Origin: Naegleria gruberi
Lineage: Eukaryota
Length of the DNA stretch: 64,000 bases
Strand: one strand, 5' to 3'
Assembly: GCA_000004985.1 (NCBI GenBank)
Contig: GG738852.1
Below are positions 32,509 through 42,899 of the stretch, one piece after another (position 1 is the first letter of the stretch; each line of letters starts with the position of its first letter). The position numbers and the translations under genes were made by a program. The notes beneath the pieces were generated by a model. It did not search any database. It was not told where the DNA came from and saw nothing but the letters and a program-made list of their open reading frames with translations.

Positions 32509-34254
32509 TTACACATTAACATTCCACGAATAATACTTTTGTAAAACATCTTTAGGTTTTCGTTGCTGAGCTTCCTCAATTAAATCAAATAAATATTTTG
32601 TAAAATTAGGAATATCATTAATAATCATGTCATTCTTCTTATTTACTTTATCAGCATAATAAACTCCATAGGTTTGTTCTAATAAACTTGCTTGTTCCCA
32701 AAATCCATTGTAATAAAATCCACCACTTGGTAGAATTTCTAAAACTGCTAATTGTTTTGGTGCAAATCTTGAATTATAAAATGTAGCACCGTGAGGACCA
32801 AATATTAATTTGGTATCATTAAAAAGTTTGAATAGACTTTGTAAATTTGGATAATCATAGCTTTCGAATATGATTAATTCTTCATTTCTTCCCCGTTTTT
32901 TCAATTCCTTATTCAAATAATCGATTAAAAGTGTTTCATTAATTATTCTTCTTCCAATATTAACTGTATCAGCATCTTGTCTTGTAAAGTAAACTATCTT
33001 TCTTCTCTTTTCGAATGGAATTGTAAATTTCGCATTCAATTTACGTAACATTTCATCATAAACACGTTGGGTAGTGAATGGATGAACGAGTGGACTTCTA
33101 CATGAATAGATTAACTTTTTAGCATGTATAGATTGTTGATGATAATGTTTGTCAACCATAAATGAATAAAATTGTTTGATTACTGGATTGTATGATTGCA
33201 ATCCTGATAAAATAGATGTTGATCCATTAGGAGATGACTCATCTTGTTGATAAATCATAGCTTGACTCCAAGTTACAGTTACTCTATCAAGAAAATGTTG
33301 AAAACTATACGAATCAGGTGATGTGCATAATATTACTGTATCCAAACGTTCATAATCCTCTTCTAATTGTATTTCCACAGTTTTTACATCATTAGGCCCA
33401 GTAGTCACTTTAACATTAGGATTTTTGAGATAACTTAAATTATTTGGCAAATGATTATACTTTCTAATAAAGGTTTTCATGGAAGGTTTCGTTTTAAAAA
33501 ATGGTAAATGTGAATGTGAATCACCCATACATGAACCTGCTGACCATTTATCACTATCAATAATTGCATCAATATACACATTATTAAACACCAATATTTG
33601 CCCATTTGTGGAAAAATAAATTGCCCATTCCAAATCAGGTGCCCATTTCATCATTTTAATTCTCTTTGATTTTTCCATCCATTCCATTTTCTGTTCATTA
33701 TTATAAAACTTTGGAGCTTTAATTTTAAATGAATGATAAATTAATTCAATTCCCCTTTCCAAATTAGTATAATTATTAGTTTGATTATTTTTCATTAGGT
33801 AGTGTTTATGTAAACAAGGTGCTGAATGTTCATGCATTCCATTCAGACATTGATCAATTTGAATAGGTGCCCAACTCTCTGATGGTAGTGTCTGTTGCTG
33901 TTGTTGTTTATTTACCTTCTTTTTTTCTATTGAAATTTCATTAATTTGCTTATTCGATTCCAATGATGATGATGATAATTTTTTAAATGATGATTCCAAT
34001 GATGATGATGATACAGTAGGTTTAATTATTTTATTAATCGAAGATGATGAAGGCTTTTTCCATTGATTAATATTCATCATCGGAATGATGACATCATTTG
34101 AATGATCATTATCATGATGTGTAAATGATGATGATGATGGAGAAGATGAAGGTATTTTTGTAATTAATAAAAGAAAACAAATAGATAGAAATATGATCGT
34201 TAATAATAGGAGGAATATTTTAAAGGTGTGTTTTGTTGAAACATTTTGATGCAT
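32509..34254 (-). CDS. Glycosyltransferase family 61 (DUF563/EOGT-like), type II membrane protein
   Basis: N-terminal signal-anchor (FKIFLLLLTIIFLSICFLLLIT), a Ser-rich stem and a C-terminal GT61 hallmark region (YFTRQDADTVNIGRRIINE...LIFGPHGATFYNSRFAP...VLEILP). Confidence 0.55.
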   Translation of the reverse strand: MHQNVSTKHTFKIFLLLLTIIFLSICFLLLITKIPSSSPSSSSFTHHDNDHSNDVIIPMMNINQWKKPSSSSINKIIKPTVSSSSLESSFKKLSSSSLESNKQINEISIEKKKVNKQQQQQTLPSESWAPIQIDQCLNGMHEHSAPCLHKHYLMKNNQTNNYTNLERGIELIYHSFKIKAPKFYNNEQKMEWMEKSKRIKMMKWAPDLEWAIYFSTNGQILVFNNVYIDAIIDSDKWSAGSCMGDSHSHLPFFKTKPSMKTFIRKYNHLPNNLSYLKNPNVKVTTGPNDVKTVEIQLEEDYERLDTVILCTSPDSYSFQHFLDRVTVTWSQAMIYQQDESSPNGSTSILSGLQSYNPVIKQFYSFMVDKHYHQQSIHAKKLIYSCRSPLVHPFTTQRVYDEMLRKLNAKFTIPFEKRRKIVYFTRQDADTVNIGRRIINETLLIDYLNKELKKRGRNEELIIFESYDYPNLQSLFKLFNDTKLIFGPHGATFYNSRFAPKQLAVLEILPSGGFYYNGFWEQASLLEQTYGVYYADKVNKKNDMIINDIPNFTKYLFDLIEEAQQRKPKDVLQKYYSWNVNV

Positions 34255-34377
34255 TTTTTTGTAATCATCTTTGAAATTGATATCTTGTGTGTGAAAATTC
34301 AGATTGTTTAGGATAAAATATTTGAAGGAATGGTTATTCTTTGATTTTGGAAGGTTTGTGAGCTATTCTAAAATAAA

Positions 34378-35856
34378 CTATTCAATATTATGCCTCAAAC
34401 TTTGAAGATATAAATCCGTCATTAAATAAAACATTCCATTGGCAGCTCCAATCATATCCCTGAAAGCACTTATATTCGAATCTAATATAATTCTACTTGC
34501 AGCTTCTCCAACTCCACTCTGTGAATAAATTATAACATGATTATCACATACGAAACCAAAATAATCTCCATTGAAATTATCTCCATTATCATCACCTCCA
34601 CCTCCATGATTTAATGTAACCAATTGAGTATTACAAAGATAGAAACGAGGAGAATCGTATATACTTTCTTCTGTAATTTGAATTCTTGTAGAGGCACTTC
34701 CCTTGTCAATTAAGGCAAATTTAAATAAAACAGTGACAGTTTTAACAAGAATTTCAGTTTCAGATAGAGTACAAAGAATGGAGAAACTATTGTCATCATC
34801 ATTCGATTCAGTAAATGCCAAAATGTTAGAGCACTCAAATCTTTTAACATTATTCAAATATTTTGGCATTCTCAAATCGAATTGTGAAACTGGATGGGAA
34901 ATATCACTCTCATGATAGAGTGTCAAATGAGTTGAAATATTACTTGATTGATGACTTGTCAAAATATAGCCATCATCCAAGTTGACTATATGATTAGGTA
35001 ATGATGGAGTTTTAGTAGCCAAAGATGGATTAAAGGCAGTTCTATGAACGACTACTCCCATTCTATTGATTTCAATGAGACCTACATGGAATGGATTAAT
35101 TTGACTTGGAGATCTTTGAATATTCGAAACGAAAATTGAAGAACTTGATAAGAGAATATTTCCAAACTCGATTGTGTTTTGATCGTAATTGAAAACAGTC
35201 CACATGAGTTGACCATTTAAATAAGGTGAACTCATATTGAAAGCTGAGATTTTGTCCTTATACGAAACATAGAGAATCGATTTGTTATCAATGGCTAAAT
35301 CGACAATTTCAGTTTCAGATGCAGTACCTGTCATTACAACAGCCTTTCCAAATGTTTCATAATTTTTGGAAGTGTCAATTTTCAAAACGTACCAAATCTT
35401 ATGATTCCAAATTCTTGGCAGGTACATGAAACTTCTTTCATTATCCATAATTGATCTATTCTCATTCAATCTTGAGAAATTCTTTGGAAATTCAAAAGAC
35501 GAAACCATTGTTTTCCCACCACTCAAAACATCAAATGCAATTAATCTCTCCGAATGATCCACTAAATTCCAATAGACACTTAATATCTGATTAGATCTCT
35601 CATCAAGAATGATTGGAAAGGAGCTTACATCCACCCTATTTACCTCTGGAAACTTTCCAATAAATTCAGCATGATGTCGAGTCATATTGGCAACAAATCT
35701 ATTTCTCAATCGAGTGGCATCTCGTTCATTCCAGGAAGCACTTACTGTTCCATGCATCATCATTATGATAATCATGAAACAACACAACACAATGAACATG
35801 CAACCGTGTGCATGTGGTGAGGTACTCTTCCAAGTACAACCTTTGAGCAACATCAT
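34378..35856 (-). CDS. Hypothetical secreted/membrane protein (492 aa) with hydrophobic N-terminus
   Basis: Intact ORF with ATG start. N-terminal hydrophobic stretch (MFIVLCCFMIIIMMMHGTVSA) consistent with a signal peptide. Several N-glycosylation sequons. No family recognised. Confidence 0.4.
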   Translation of the reverse strand: MMLLKGCTWKSTSPHAHGCMFIVLCCFMIIIMMMHGTVSASWNERDATRLRNRFVANMTRHHAEFIGKFPEVNRVDVSSFPIILDERSNQILSVYWNLVDHSERLIAFDVLSGGKTMVSSFEFPKNFSRLNENRSIMDNERSFMYLPRIWNHKIWYVLKIDTSKNYETFGKAVVMTGTASETEIVDLAIDNKSILYVSYKDKISAFNMSSPYLNGQLMWTVFNYDQNTIEFGNILLSSSSIFVSNIQRSPSQINPFHVGLIEINRMGVVVHRTAFNPSLATKTPSLPNHIVNLDDGYILTSHQSSNISTHLTLYHESDISHPVSQFDLRMPKYLNNVKRFECSNILAFTESNDDDNSFSILCTLSETEILVKTVTVLFKFALIDKGSASTRIQITEESIYDSPRFYLCNTQLVTLNHGGGGDDNGDNFNGDYFGFVCDNHVIIYSQSGVGEAASRIILDSNISAFRDMIGAANGMFYLMTDLYLQSLRHNIE

Positions 35857-36133
35857 TTTCTTGAATATTCAAGTAGTAACTGTTCGTGTTGACAATTTTT
35901 TTTTGGCATTGTGAAAGAAAATCAGCGAAAAAACAATGAAAAAGAGGCCGCAGAGGTAATGTGGATGAAAAGAGAATGTTTAGTTTTTAAGGGGTTACCA
36001 TTCGAGATGTTTAATTGGAAGCTTCGAACTTGTTTACAATATTTTTACAATTATGTTAAAAGTTAAATATATTCCTTGACACTCTAATTTCTTAAAGTGT
36101 TGTAATTGTGAAATTGATCTTGGTTGTCAAAAA

Positions 36134-37981
36134 ATGAGTCAATTGTATCATGACACTTTATATTGCATCTTGGAATTTGTTAATATTCGAGATGGTGTTT
36201 CTATTCTCTCTGTTTCAAGATCGTGGCATGAATTGGATCGATATGAAATTGTGTGGAAAACATTACTTTCGAATTGGTTGAAAATTAAAATTCATGACTA
36301 TTCTAATCTGAAAAAGAATATTGGAAAGAGTGATGAGAAATATTGTGAAAAGACATTAACTTGCCTTCGGAAACTATACAAACAAAACATTGAGAATGAA
36401 AAACAAGTGAAAATTAATTTTATGGGAAATGATTCGAATAATGATCAATCAATAATGAATAATGGAGAAGAATATAAGAAATTAGTCCGTTCTGCGCTGT
36501 ATTCAGTGTTTCGTGTGAATATGATGAATGGATTTGGAGTGTTGGTAATGAAAAATTTAGGGGAAAATATATTGGAATTTCAACATTCGAATGTGTTTGC
36601 TCAATTCCACCTCGATCAGGCAAAAAAGTTTATTCTCAACAAGCCAATCAACAAACAAGAACTCACACTGGAAGAATCAGAGTATTGGAATAGATTCTCT
36701 CCTTCTCTTTTAAATTTCTGTGTTCAAAGAAAGCAATTCGATATTTGTAAAATGTTGAATAATTTCAGGCCAACTCTAAATGATCGTCTTCTACCAAAGC
36801 TATTGTTTCAATTTGATGAGAGAGAGAAATTGGAAGCTATTAAGAATTATATTTTAAATTTCAAAGATCAGAATGGATACAATCTCACTCCACAACTTTC
36901 TGGAATTGTTATGAATTTCAAGGTCACAAACATTCTAGGATTTGAATATTTAAGGGAGTGTGTAGAGATTCTGTATCCTGGCAATTGGAATCAAATATTG
37001 GAAAACTCTGTCAAGAGTAATCGATTGGAACTGCTCTCTGAAAAGAAAATTGGAAATGTGGAAGAATTTGTAGAGTTTTGTAAAATTGCAGAATTGAAAA
37101 AAATTGAACTTTATATGGCTCCCAGGTTTTGTAATATATTTTCACATGGATTTGATTTTTTGCATGTGCTGTTTAAATGTGAACTGATTGATCAATTTGA
37201 TATGAAACTCCTTCTTCACAAGTATCAATTCAGAGAGAAGGAAGTGATGAAATTTATTGAAATTATGCCAGATTTTGATCCATATGAATGTGTCCTAGAT
37301 CATCGAGGTATAGCTCACAACTTTGTGAATACTTTCCTCACAAAACCATATGGTGCCATGACACATTATTTCAATAATTACTTTGACAAATATCCAAAAT
37401 TTAATCTTGTACAACTAATTCACAAATTGAATGAATTAGATGGAGGAAATAGGCCTGATTCATACTATGATGAGTATCTTAACAAATTTATAGCGTCATT
37501 ATTTGCAGAATTTGAATTTAATTGGTTTGAGGCTATTGATGCCATTACTATTTTGGGAAAATTCATCACTCACTCACTCAATATTGAATGTCTTGTGAAA
37601 ATTTGTGAAAAATATAATGATTGGAATCCAGAAGAAAGAACATGGAATGTTGGTTGTTTTAATGCCTTCCAAACTTTGTTGGAAAACGTGCATTGTATCA
37701 ATTACAATGGTGAACATATTCCATTCGTAGAGTATTGTAAAACATTCTATCAAAATTATCAATATTCTGAATTGGATAAAGATATTTATTCGAAAGATAC
37801 TTGTTGGAAAGTGGAAAATAGGGAAAATCTTGCAAAACTATATCATACAGCTCTCAATTTAATTCACAAACTCAGTCCACAAGATCAGGAGGACATGGTC
37901 ATTTATACAAAAATAAGATCCATACCAAGATATCGAAATTTTACAACATATGAAACTCTGTACAGGGACGAAGATTTATAA
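36134..37981 (+). CDS. Hypothetical protein with F-box-like N-terminus (615 aa)
   Basis: N-terminal LYCILEFVNIRDGVSILSVSRSWHEL resembles an F-box. The remainder is Asn/Lys-rich and unassigned. Confidence 0.4.
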   Translation: MSQLYHDTLYCILEFVNIRDGVSILSVSRSWHELDRYEIVWKTLLSNWLKIKIHDYSNLKKNIGKSDEKYCEKTLTCLRKLYKQNIENEKQVKINFMGNDSNNDQSIMNNGEEYKKLVRSALYSVFRVNMMNGFGVLVMKNLGENILEFQHSNVFAQFHLDQAKKFILNKPINKQELTLEESEYWNRFSPSLLNFCVQRKQFDICKMLNNFRPTLNDRLLPKLLFQFDEREKLEAIKNYILNFKDQNGYNLTPQLSGIVMNFKVTNILGFEYLRECVEILYPGNWNQILENSVKSNRLELLSEKKIGNVEEFVEFCKIAELKKIELYMAPRFCNIFSHGFDFLHVLFKCELIDQFDMKLLLHKYQFREKEVMKFIEIMPDFDPYECVLDHRGIAHNFVNTFLTKPYGAMTHYFNNYFDKYPKFNLVQLIHKLNELDGGNRPDSYYDEYLNKFIASLFAEFEFNWFEAIDAITILGKFITHSLNIECLVKICEKYNDWNPEERTWNVGCFNAFQTLLENVHCINYNGEHIPFVEYCKTFYQNYQYSELDKDIYSKDTCWKVENRENLAKLYHTALNLIHKLSPQDQEDMVIYTKIRSIPRYRNFTTYETLYRDEDL

Positions 37982-38033
37982 AAACAGCAACAGTTCAATA
38001 ATTTGATGATGGAATTTAATCTCCTTCTTGGAA

Positions 38034-40931
38034 TTATTCAATTGATATTTTGCAAACTTGAACATTTTCCTTGTGTGATGAAATTCTAACAGTTGAAGTA
38101 TATCTTTGCTCATTAGGTCTCATATAATTGAGGAAGAAGGTACACAAAACGGTTGTACCACCTGTCAAGCCCTGAGAATAATTCGAATAATAATTGGTGG
38201 TTGCAATGTAATCACCTGGTTGGGCTTTCTTAATCATGTATTCCTCAGGTCCATAACCCTCTCTGAAATCTCTAGAGACCAGACCTTTAATTCTTGTATT
38301 GGGATGACCATAGTAGGCATGTTCTCCATAGGGCTTTGGTTCTTCAACATGTAGATCCAAATCTACCATATCTGTATCCCATGCCATACTAATACGGATA
38401 TCGAGATCAAAATTATAAATCAAACTTTGGTCAACTATTGGCAAATTTGGATCTTTGAGAAGGAGATGGTTCATTTCCAATGCAACTGTGAGTTCAATTT
38501 CAGAAAAACGTTCATCCCATTTTCCTACAATTACCTTATTGAATAATTGCATGGCTTCTTCATACTTTCCTAATCTTTCCTTAATGAGAGCCAAATCTCT
38601 GAATGATTGAGGTTCGAAAGAGTTGATTTTCTTGACCTTTTCGAATATCAATTCGGCTAATTCCAATTCATCAGCTTGATCCAATCTATATCCAACAATT
38701 CTGTATAATTGTACATTTTCCAATTCCAATTCAACAATATTGGATAAAATTCTTACTCCAAGAGTTTTGTTACCTTGTTTGGTCAAAAAGTAATCAGCCA
38801 CATCCAAGTAGAAAGCAGGAGAGTCCTTATATTCTTTTCTCTGGTTTAAATATTCAATGTAAGGATCTTGGGCTGTGGTGATAGCTTCGTAATATGTTGC
38901 ATTTGGAGTCCAAGGAGTGATAGTAATGGAACCTTCTATTGGACTGGATGATGAATCAGTTGTACTTGTAATCCTTTTACGTTTGCTACTAGTGGGAATT
39001 TCATTTTCTCTTCTATCATCACTTATATCATAACTTCTATCATCAGAGGTTTGAGAAAATCGAGTTCTTCCTAGCAAACTTCTCTTTTTCTTGCTTTGAA
39101 TTCTTTTAAGAGTAGCCATGTCAAAATTTACTCTATGCCAATCAGTACGAAGTTTCCATTTTTTGATAAATTGCTTTAGTTTTTTCTTTTCCTGTTTTTT
39201 TGTGGAAGACTCGTTTCGTTTTTGAGATTCAAAGAAGGACTCTCTCCACTTTGGCAGACTCTCTGGTGGAACAATATTGTATTTAATGTACTGACTCACT
39301 GATTCGAGTACGAGAAGAGAGGTTGATTCAGTGACAATACTGAACTCTTGACTAGTTTTTCTAATTTCATCCATGAATAGATGGGAGAATGAGGAAAGAG
39401 ATTGGATTTTTTCCTGAGCCCATAAATGTGGAACTATGGCAGATTCTTTGGAAACTTGTACCCTAGTAGTTGGAATATTAATTTCCTGTGTTTGAATAAT
39501 CTTGGATCCATATTTGAATGTGACACCAACTGAAACTGTTGGATTATTGAAATTTTTGATTTTACCAAATAGGTTGAAAACTTCTCCTTCTTTTACCCCA
39601 ACTGGTTCGTGTGGATAAACTTGTTCCATATCACAACTCTCATAATCAGCTACCAAAAAAAGTAATTGATTCTTTCCAATTATTTCCAATATCTTTTCAA
39701 TACTAGTTTCATTTGCATTCAAATAAGCTCCTCCCGATTTCACTGCAATATTTTTCAACAGTTGACTGTTTGTAATTGCAGAAGTGTTTAAAAAGAATAC
39801 TGGCTTCTCAAAAGTGCATTTGGGTGTCAGCTCTAAACCAAAGTTGTGAATTCCATTTGTGAATGCAATACAATAATCAACGTTGCTACAGATCAATTCT
39901 TCTCCAAATAGCTTCATATTAGAGGCACCATCATAGACTACGCTGTTTTGAATAAATAGTAAAAGAGATTCTTTTGAATTAAATTCTTGTTGGTCAACTA
40001 TGGTATTACTAAATAATGATAAGGTAATAGGACCATTTTCTAATCTATTGAGAATTAATTTCAAGAGATTTACATTTTCCTCATGTTGATCTGATTGACT
40101 GAGCGAAACATCCCAAATTATTTGAACCTTATTTCCAATGCTCTCTAATTTTAACTCTTCTGGAATTGCAGAAACAGGAAGTGAAACCATAAAGTAGTCA
40201 TTCTCAGTAGCTAACAAAATATTATCAGTGCTCTTTACCTTTCTTACCAACTCAATTGAGAAACCTGTTAAGCTTTTACTCAAATCACTTTTTTCCAATC
40301 TTTGAATGTTTGAATTAGAACCAGACTTAATTAACTTCTCTCCATTTTCCATTTTCATTACAATACTGGAATCGAAGTCATGGATGGCACTCTCATTAAA
40401 CATGAATTCAACATTAGCATCTCTCAAAAGATTAAATTCTTGATACGAAAGTGGAAACCAAGCAGAGGCGGATAATTTGTTTCCATTTTCAACAATTTCT
40501 TTCATGATGATTTGATACTTGACTCTAATGGTCTTATCTTGTCCAAACACGAGAGGATAAACTCGTGTTTTGAAGCAATTAGAATTGTCAACCTTCTCGG
40601 CAATTGAAACTTGTTTGTGAGATCTCACTTCAGATTCGAATATCTTTTTTGAACTCTCCTTCTCCACAGGTACAGCATCAATCAATTCTCCATCCACTTG
40701 CATTGCAAATCCAATAACAGATGCACCATCCGGAAGTGGCATGATCAATTCACCTCCTAAATCTCTCTTAGAAACTTCATTTCTAAAAGTCATGGTCGAA
40801 ACTATTTGTACAATAGGATAGATAATATTACATTGAATCTTGTGCCCAACAATTGGTAAGATTGTCGAAGCCTTGTCAGAGTATTCTTCACCCACTCTCA
40901 CATGAATAACCTCTCTTTTGGAATGTGTCAT
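38034..40931 (-). CDS. VIT domain + von Willebrand factor A domain protein (VWA5A/PARP4-like architecture) with C-terminal helical-repeat region
   Basis: N-terminal VIT-like region (IIYPIVQIVSTMTFRNE...MPLPDGASVIGFAMQVDGELIDAVPVEKE...RVYPLVFGQDKTIRVKYQI). A vWA-like DxSxS (IIWDVSLSQSD) follows. The C-terminus has TPR-like repeats and a conserved tail. Confidence 0.55.
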   Translation of the reverse strand: MTHSKREVIHVRVGEEYSDKASTILPIVGHKIQCNIIYPIVQIVSTMTFRNEVSKRDLGGELIMPLPDGASVIGFAMQVDGELIDAVPVEKESSKKIFESEVRSHKQVSIAEKVDNSNCFKTRVYPLVFGQDKTIRVKYQIIMKEIVENGNKLSASAWFPLSYQEFNLLRDANVEFMFNESAIHDFDSSIVMKMENGEKLIKSGSNSNIQRLEKSDLSKSLTGFSIELVRKVKSTDNILLATENDYFMVSLPVSAIPEELKLESIGNKVQIIWDVSLSQSDQHEENVNLLKLILNRLENGPITLSLFSNTIVDQQEFNSKESLLLFIQNSVVYDGASNMKLFGEELICSNVDYCIAFTNGIHNFGLELTPKCTFEKPVFFLNTSAITNSQLLKNIAVKSGGAYLNANETSIEKILEIIGKNQLLFLVADYESCDMEQVYPHEPVGVKEGEVFNLFGKIKNFNNPTVSVGVTFKYGSKIIQTQEINIPTTRVQVSKESAIVPHLWAQEKIQSLSSFSHLFMDEIRKTSQEFSIVTESTSLLVLESVSQYIKYNIVPPESLPKWRESFFESQKRNESSTKKQEKKKLKQFIKKWKLRTDWHRVNFDMATLKRIQSKKKRSLLGRTRFSQTSDDRSYDISDDRRENEIPTSSKRKRITSTTDSSSSPIEGSITITPWTPNATYYEAITTAQDPYIEYLNQRKEYKDSPAFYLDVADYFLTKQGNKTLGVRILSNIVELELENVQLYRIVGYRLDQADELELAELIFEKVKKINSFEPQSFRDLALIKERLGKYEEAMQLFNKVIVGKWDERFSEIELTVALEMNHLLLKDPNLPIVDQSLIYNFDLDIRISMAWDTDMVDLDLHVEEPKPYGEHAYYGHPNTRIKGLVSRDFREGYGPEEYMIKKAQPGDYIATTNYYSNYSQGLTGGTTVLCTFFLNYMRPNEQRYTSTVRISSHKENVQVCKISIE

Positions 40932-40977
40932 TTTTTTTTGATTGTTTTTGACTGATCACACTTTTAGCCTTTTTATT

Positions 40978-41135
40978 CACTACAAATCTAGGGTGAAAAA
41001 TAGCTTTTTAGCTTGGTCAATAGAATTTTCGCTGGAGGGGCGGATCCACTCGACAAATTGTCGACCGCTCTCTATGGTTTTGAGATTGTTCCAAGTTCGC
41101 TATTTTCAAAACTCTTGCAAAATTAATTTGTAGTG
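40978..41135. mobile_element. MITE-like non-autonomous element (158 bp) with perfect 10-bp terminal inverted repeats CACTACAAAT
   Basis: The 5' end CACTACAAAT (40978-40987) and 3' end ATTTGTAGTG (41126-41135) are exact reverse complements. The interior has a GC-rich core (gctggaggggcggatccactcgacaaattgtcgaccgc) and no coding capacity. It lies 47 bp upstream of the ATG of the VIT-vWA gene. Its 3' terminal 20 nt recur at 51121-51140. No clear target-site duplication is seen. Confidence 0.5.
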
Positions 41136-41389
41136 GGTTGAAGGTGATAGGAAAAAGTTATGATCGAAATGCTTTTTGAAATTACATAATTTTTCGTTTT
41201 TTCTTATTTGGTGTAACATTGAATCTCTCAAGAAAAGGAATTTAACTTTCATGAAACGCTGTTATCTGTTCTTTTGAGATTGTTGATCAATTTGTTTATT
41301 GATTTAGTACAGGCAATTCCGTTGTAAGAAAAACCATTATATAAGTATATTAATAAGACCAATTAAGGAATAGTTATAACATGTGGAAA

Positions 41390-41460
41390 TCGGGCGTGGT
41401 ATAGTGGTAGCATTCCAGACTGTCACTCTGGCGACCCGGGTTCAATTCCCGGCGTTCGAG
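41390..41460 (+). tRNA. tRNA-Asp (anticodon GTC)
   Basis: Acceptor stem tcgggcg/cgttcga (two G-U pairs). D-arm GTATAGTGGTAG. Anticodon stem-loop ccaga-CTGTCAC-tctgg with GTC anticodon. T-arm ccggg-TTCAATT-cccgg. Discriminator G. Downstream TTTT pol III terminator at 41467-41470. Confidence 0.8.
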
Positions 41461-41659
41461 TTAAAATTTTATGCTGTTTTAGTTTTTTAGAACTTTTCAT
41501 AATAGCTACATGTTCTAGACATTATAGTATATATGTGCTTCAATTTTCAAATTTTGGTGTTTTGTTTTTATTGAGATAATCACCAAAGTTTGGAACTCTT
41601 TTTTTCTATCACGAACTCGTGTTCAAGTTCCAGCCATTAACACACAGTTTACAAAAAAA

Positions 41660-42771
41660 ATGACTGAAAATCCACCTCTCATCATTGATAATGGTTCCTC
41701 TCTCATGAAAGCTGGTTTATCTGATGATGATGCTCCATGTGCAGTCTTTCCCACAGTTACTGGACGACAAAAAGTTTCCACCCTCATGGTTGGAATGAAT
41801 AACATTGACAAGACGTTCGTTGGAGATAATACATTTGGACTCAGGAGAGGTATAAATGTGTTCTATTATCCAATTGATCGTGGATTGATTACTGACTGGG
41901 ATCAAATGGAAAAGATATGGGATTACATATTTAATTCTGAATTAAGAGTTGCTCCAGAGTATCATGAAGTATTATTGTTAGAAATTCCATTAAATCCAAT
42001 GGAAACTAAAGAGAAAATGTCACAAAGCATGTTTGAAACTTTTAGGGTGAGAAGTTTGTGTTTGGCAAATCAATGTGCCATGTCAATGTTTGCAAGTGGT
42101 AGAATGACAGGTATAGTGTTGGAATCAGGCGATGGTGTTACCAATTCAGTGCCTATTTATGAAGGATACGCACTGTCACATGCCACTATCAGAGTTGAAT
42201 TAGGAGGTAAAGATCTGACAGATTATTTGAGGAAAATCTTAATGGAACGAGGATATAATTTCACCACAAAGCATGAAACTGAAATAGTAAGGTATATGAA
42301 AGAAAAAACTGGTTGTGTTGCTAGTAACTTTTTGGAAGAAACAATATCAGAAATTCCTTATGAATTACCGGATGGAAATATAATTCACTTGGAATAGAAA
42401 GATACAAAACTACTGAGATATTATTTCAACCAAATCTTGTTGGAATGGAGGTTGGTGGAATTCATGAAAATATTTTCACTTCTATTAGAAAGTCTGATTT
42501 AGATATTAGAAAGGAATTGTATTCGAATATTTTTCTTTCGGGAGGATCGACATTGTTCAATGGAATAGTAGAACGATTGTATAATGAATTGAGGGAATTA
42601 TCTCCCTCCTCAATGAACATTCGAATAACAGCACCACCAGAAAGAAAGTACACTGCATGGATTGGTGGTAGTATTTTCTCCAAATTATCAACCTTCCAAT
42701 CGATGTGCATAACCTTAGAGGAATATGAAGAGAGTGGATACAATATAATTCATAGAAAGGGCATCTTTTGA
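41660..42771 (+). CDS. Divergent actin / actin-like protein gene interrupted by a 1-bp frameshift (possible pseudogene or sequence error)
   Basis: Two ORF-track pieces (41660..42397 and 42445..42771) are collinear with actin: DNGSSLMKAGLSDDDAPCAVFPTV, WDQMEKIWDYIFNSELRVAPEYHEVLLLEIPLNP, IVLESGDGVTNSVPIYEGYALSHA, YELPDGNIIHL // GIERYKTTEILFQPNLVGMEVGGIHE, APPERKYTAWIGGSIFSKLSTFQSMCITLEEYEESGYNIIHRKGIF. The reading frame shifts by -1 at the GG at 42391-42392. Restoring one G gives ...IIHLGIERYK, which matches actin ...VITIGNERFR. Confidence 0.65.
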
Positions 42772-42899
42772 GACTGCCAGGTTTCCAGTCCATAACAATA
42801 AGACAATAAATGCCAGTAAGCATGATCCTAAGTCGTTTCTAATTTCAGGAATGAAAACAAAGGATAAGAAAATTACAATGATTGATTCAAAAGTTAAAA

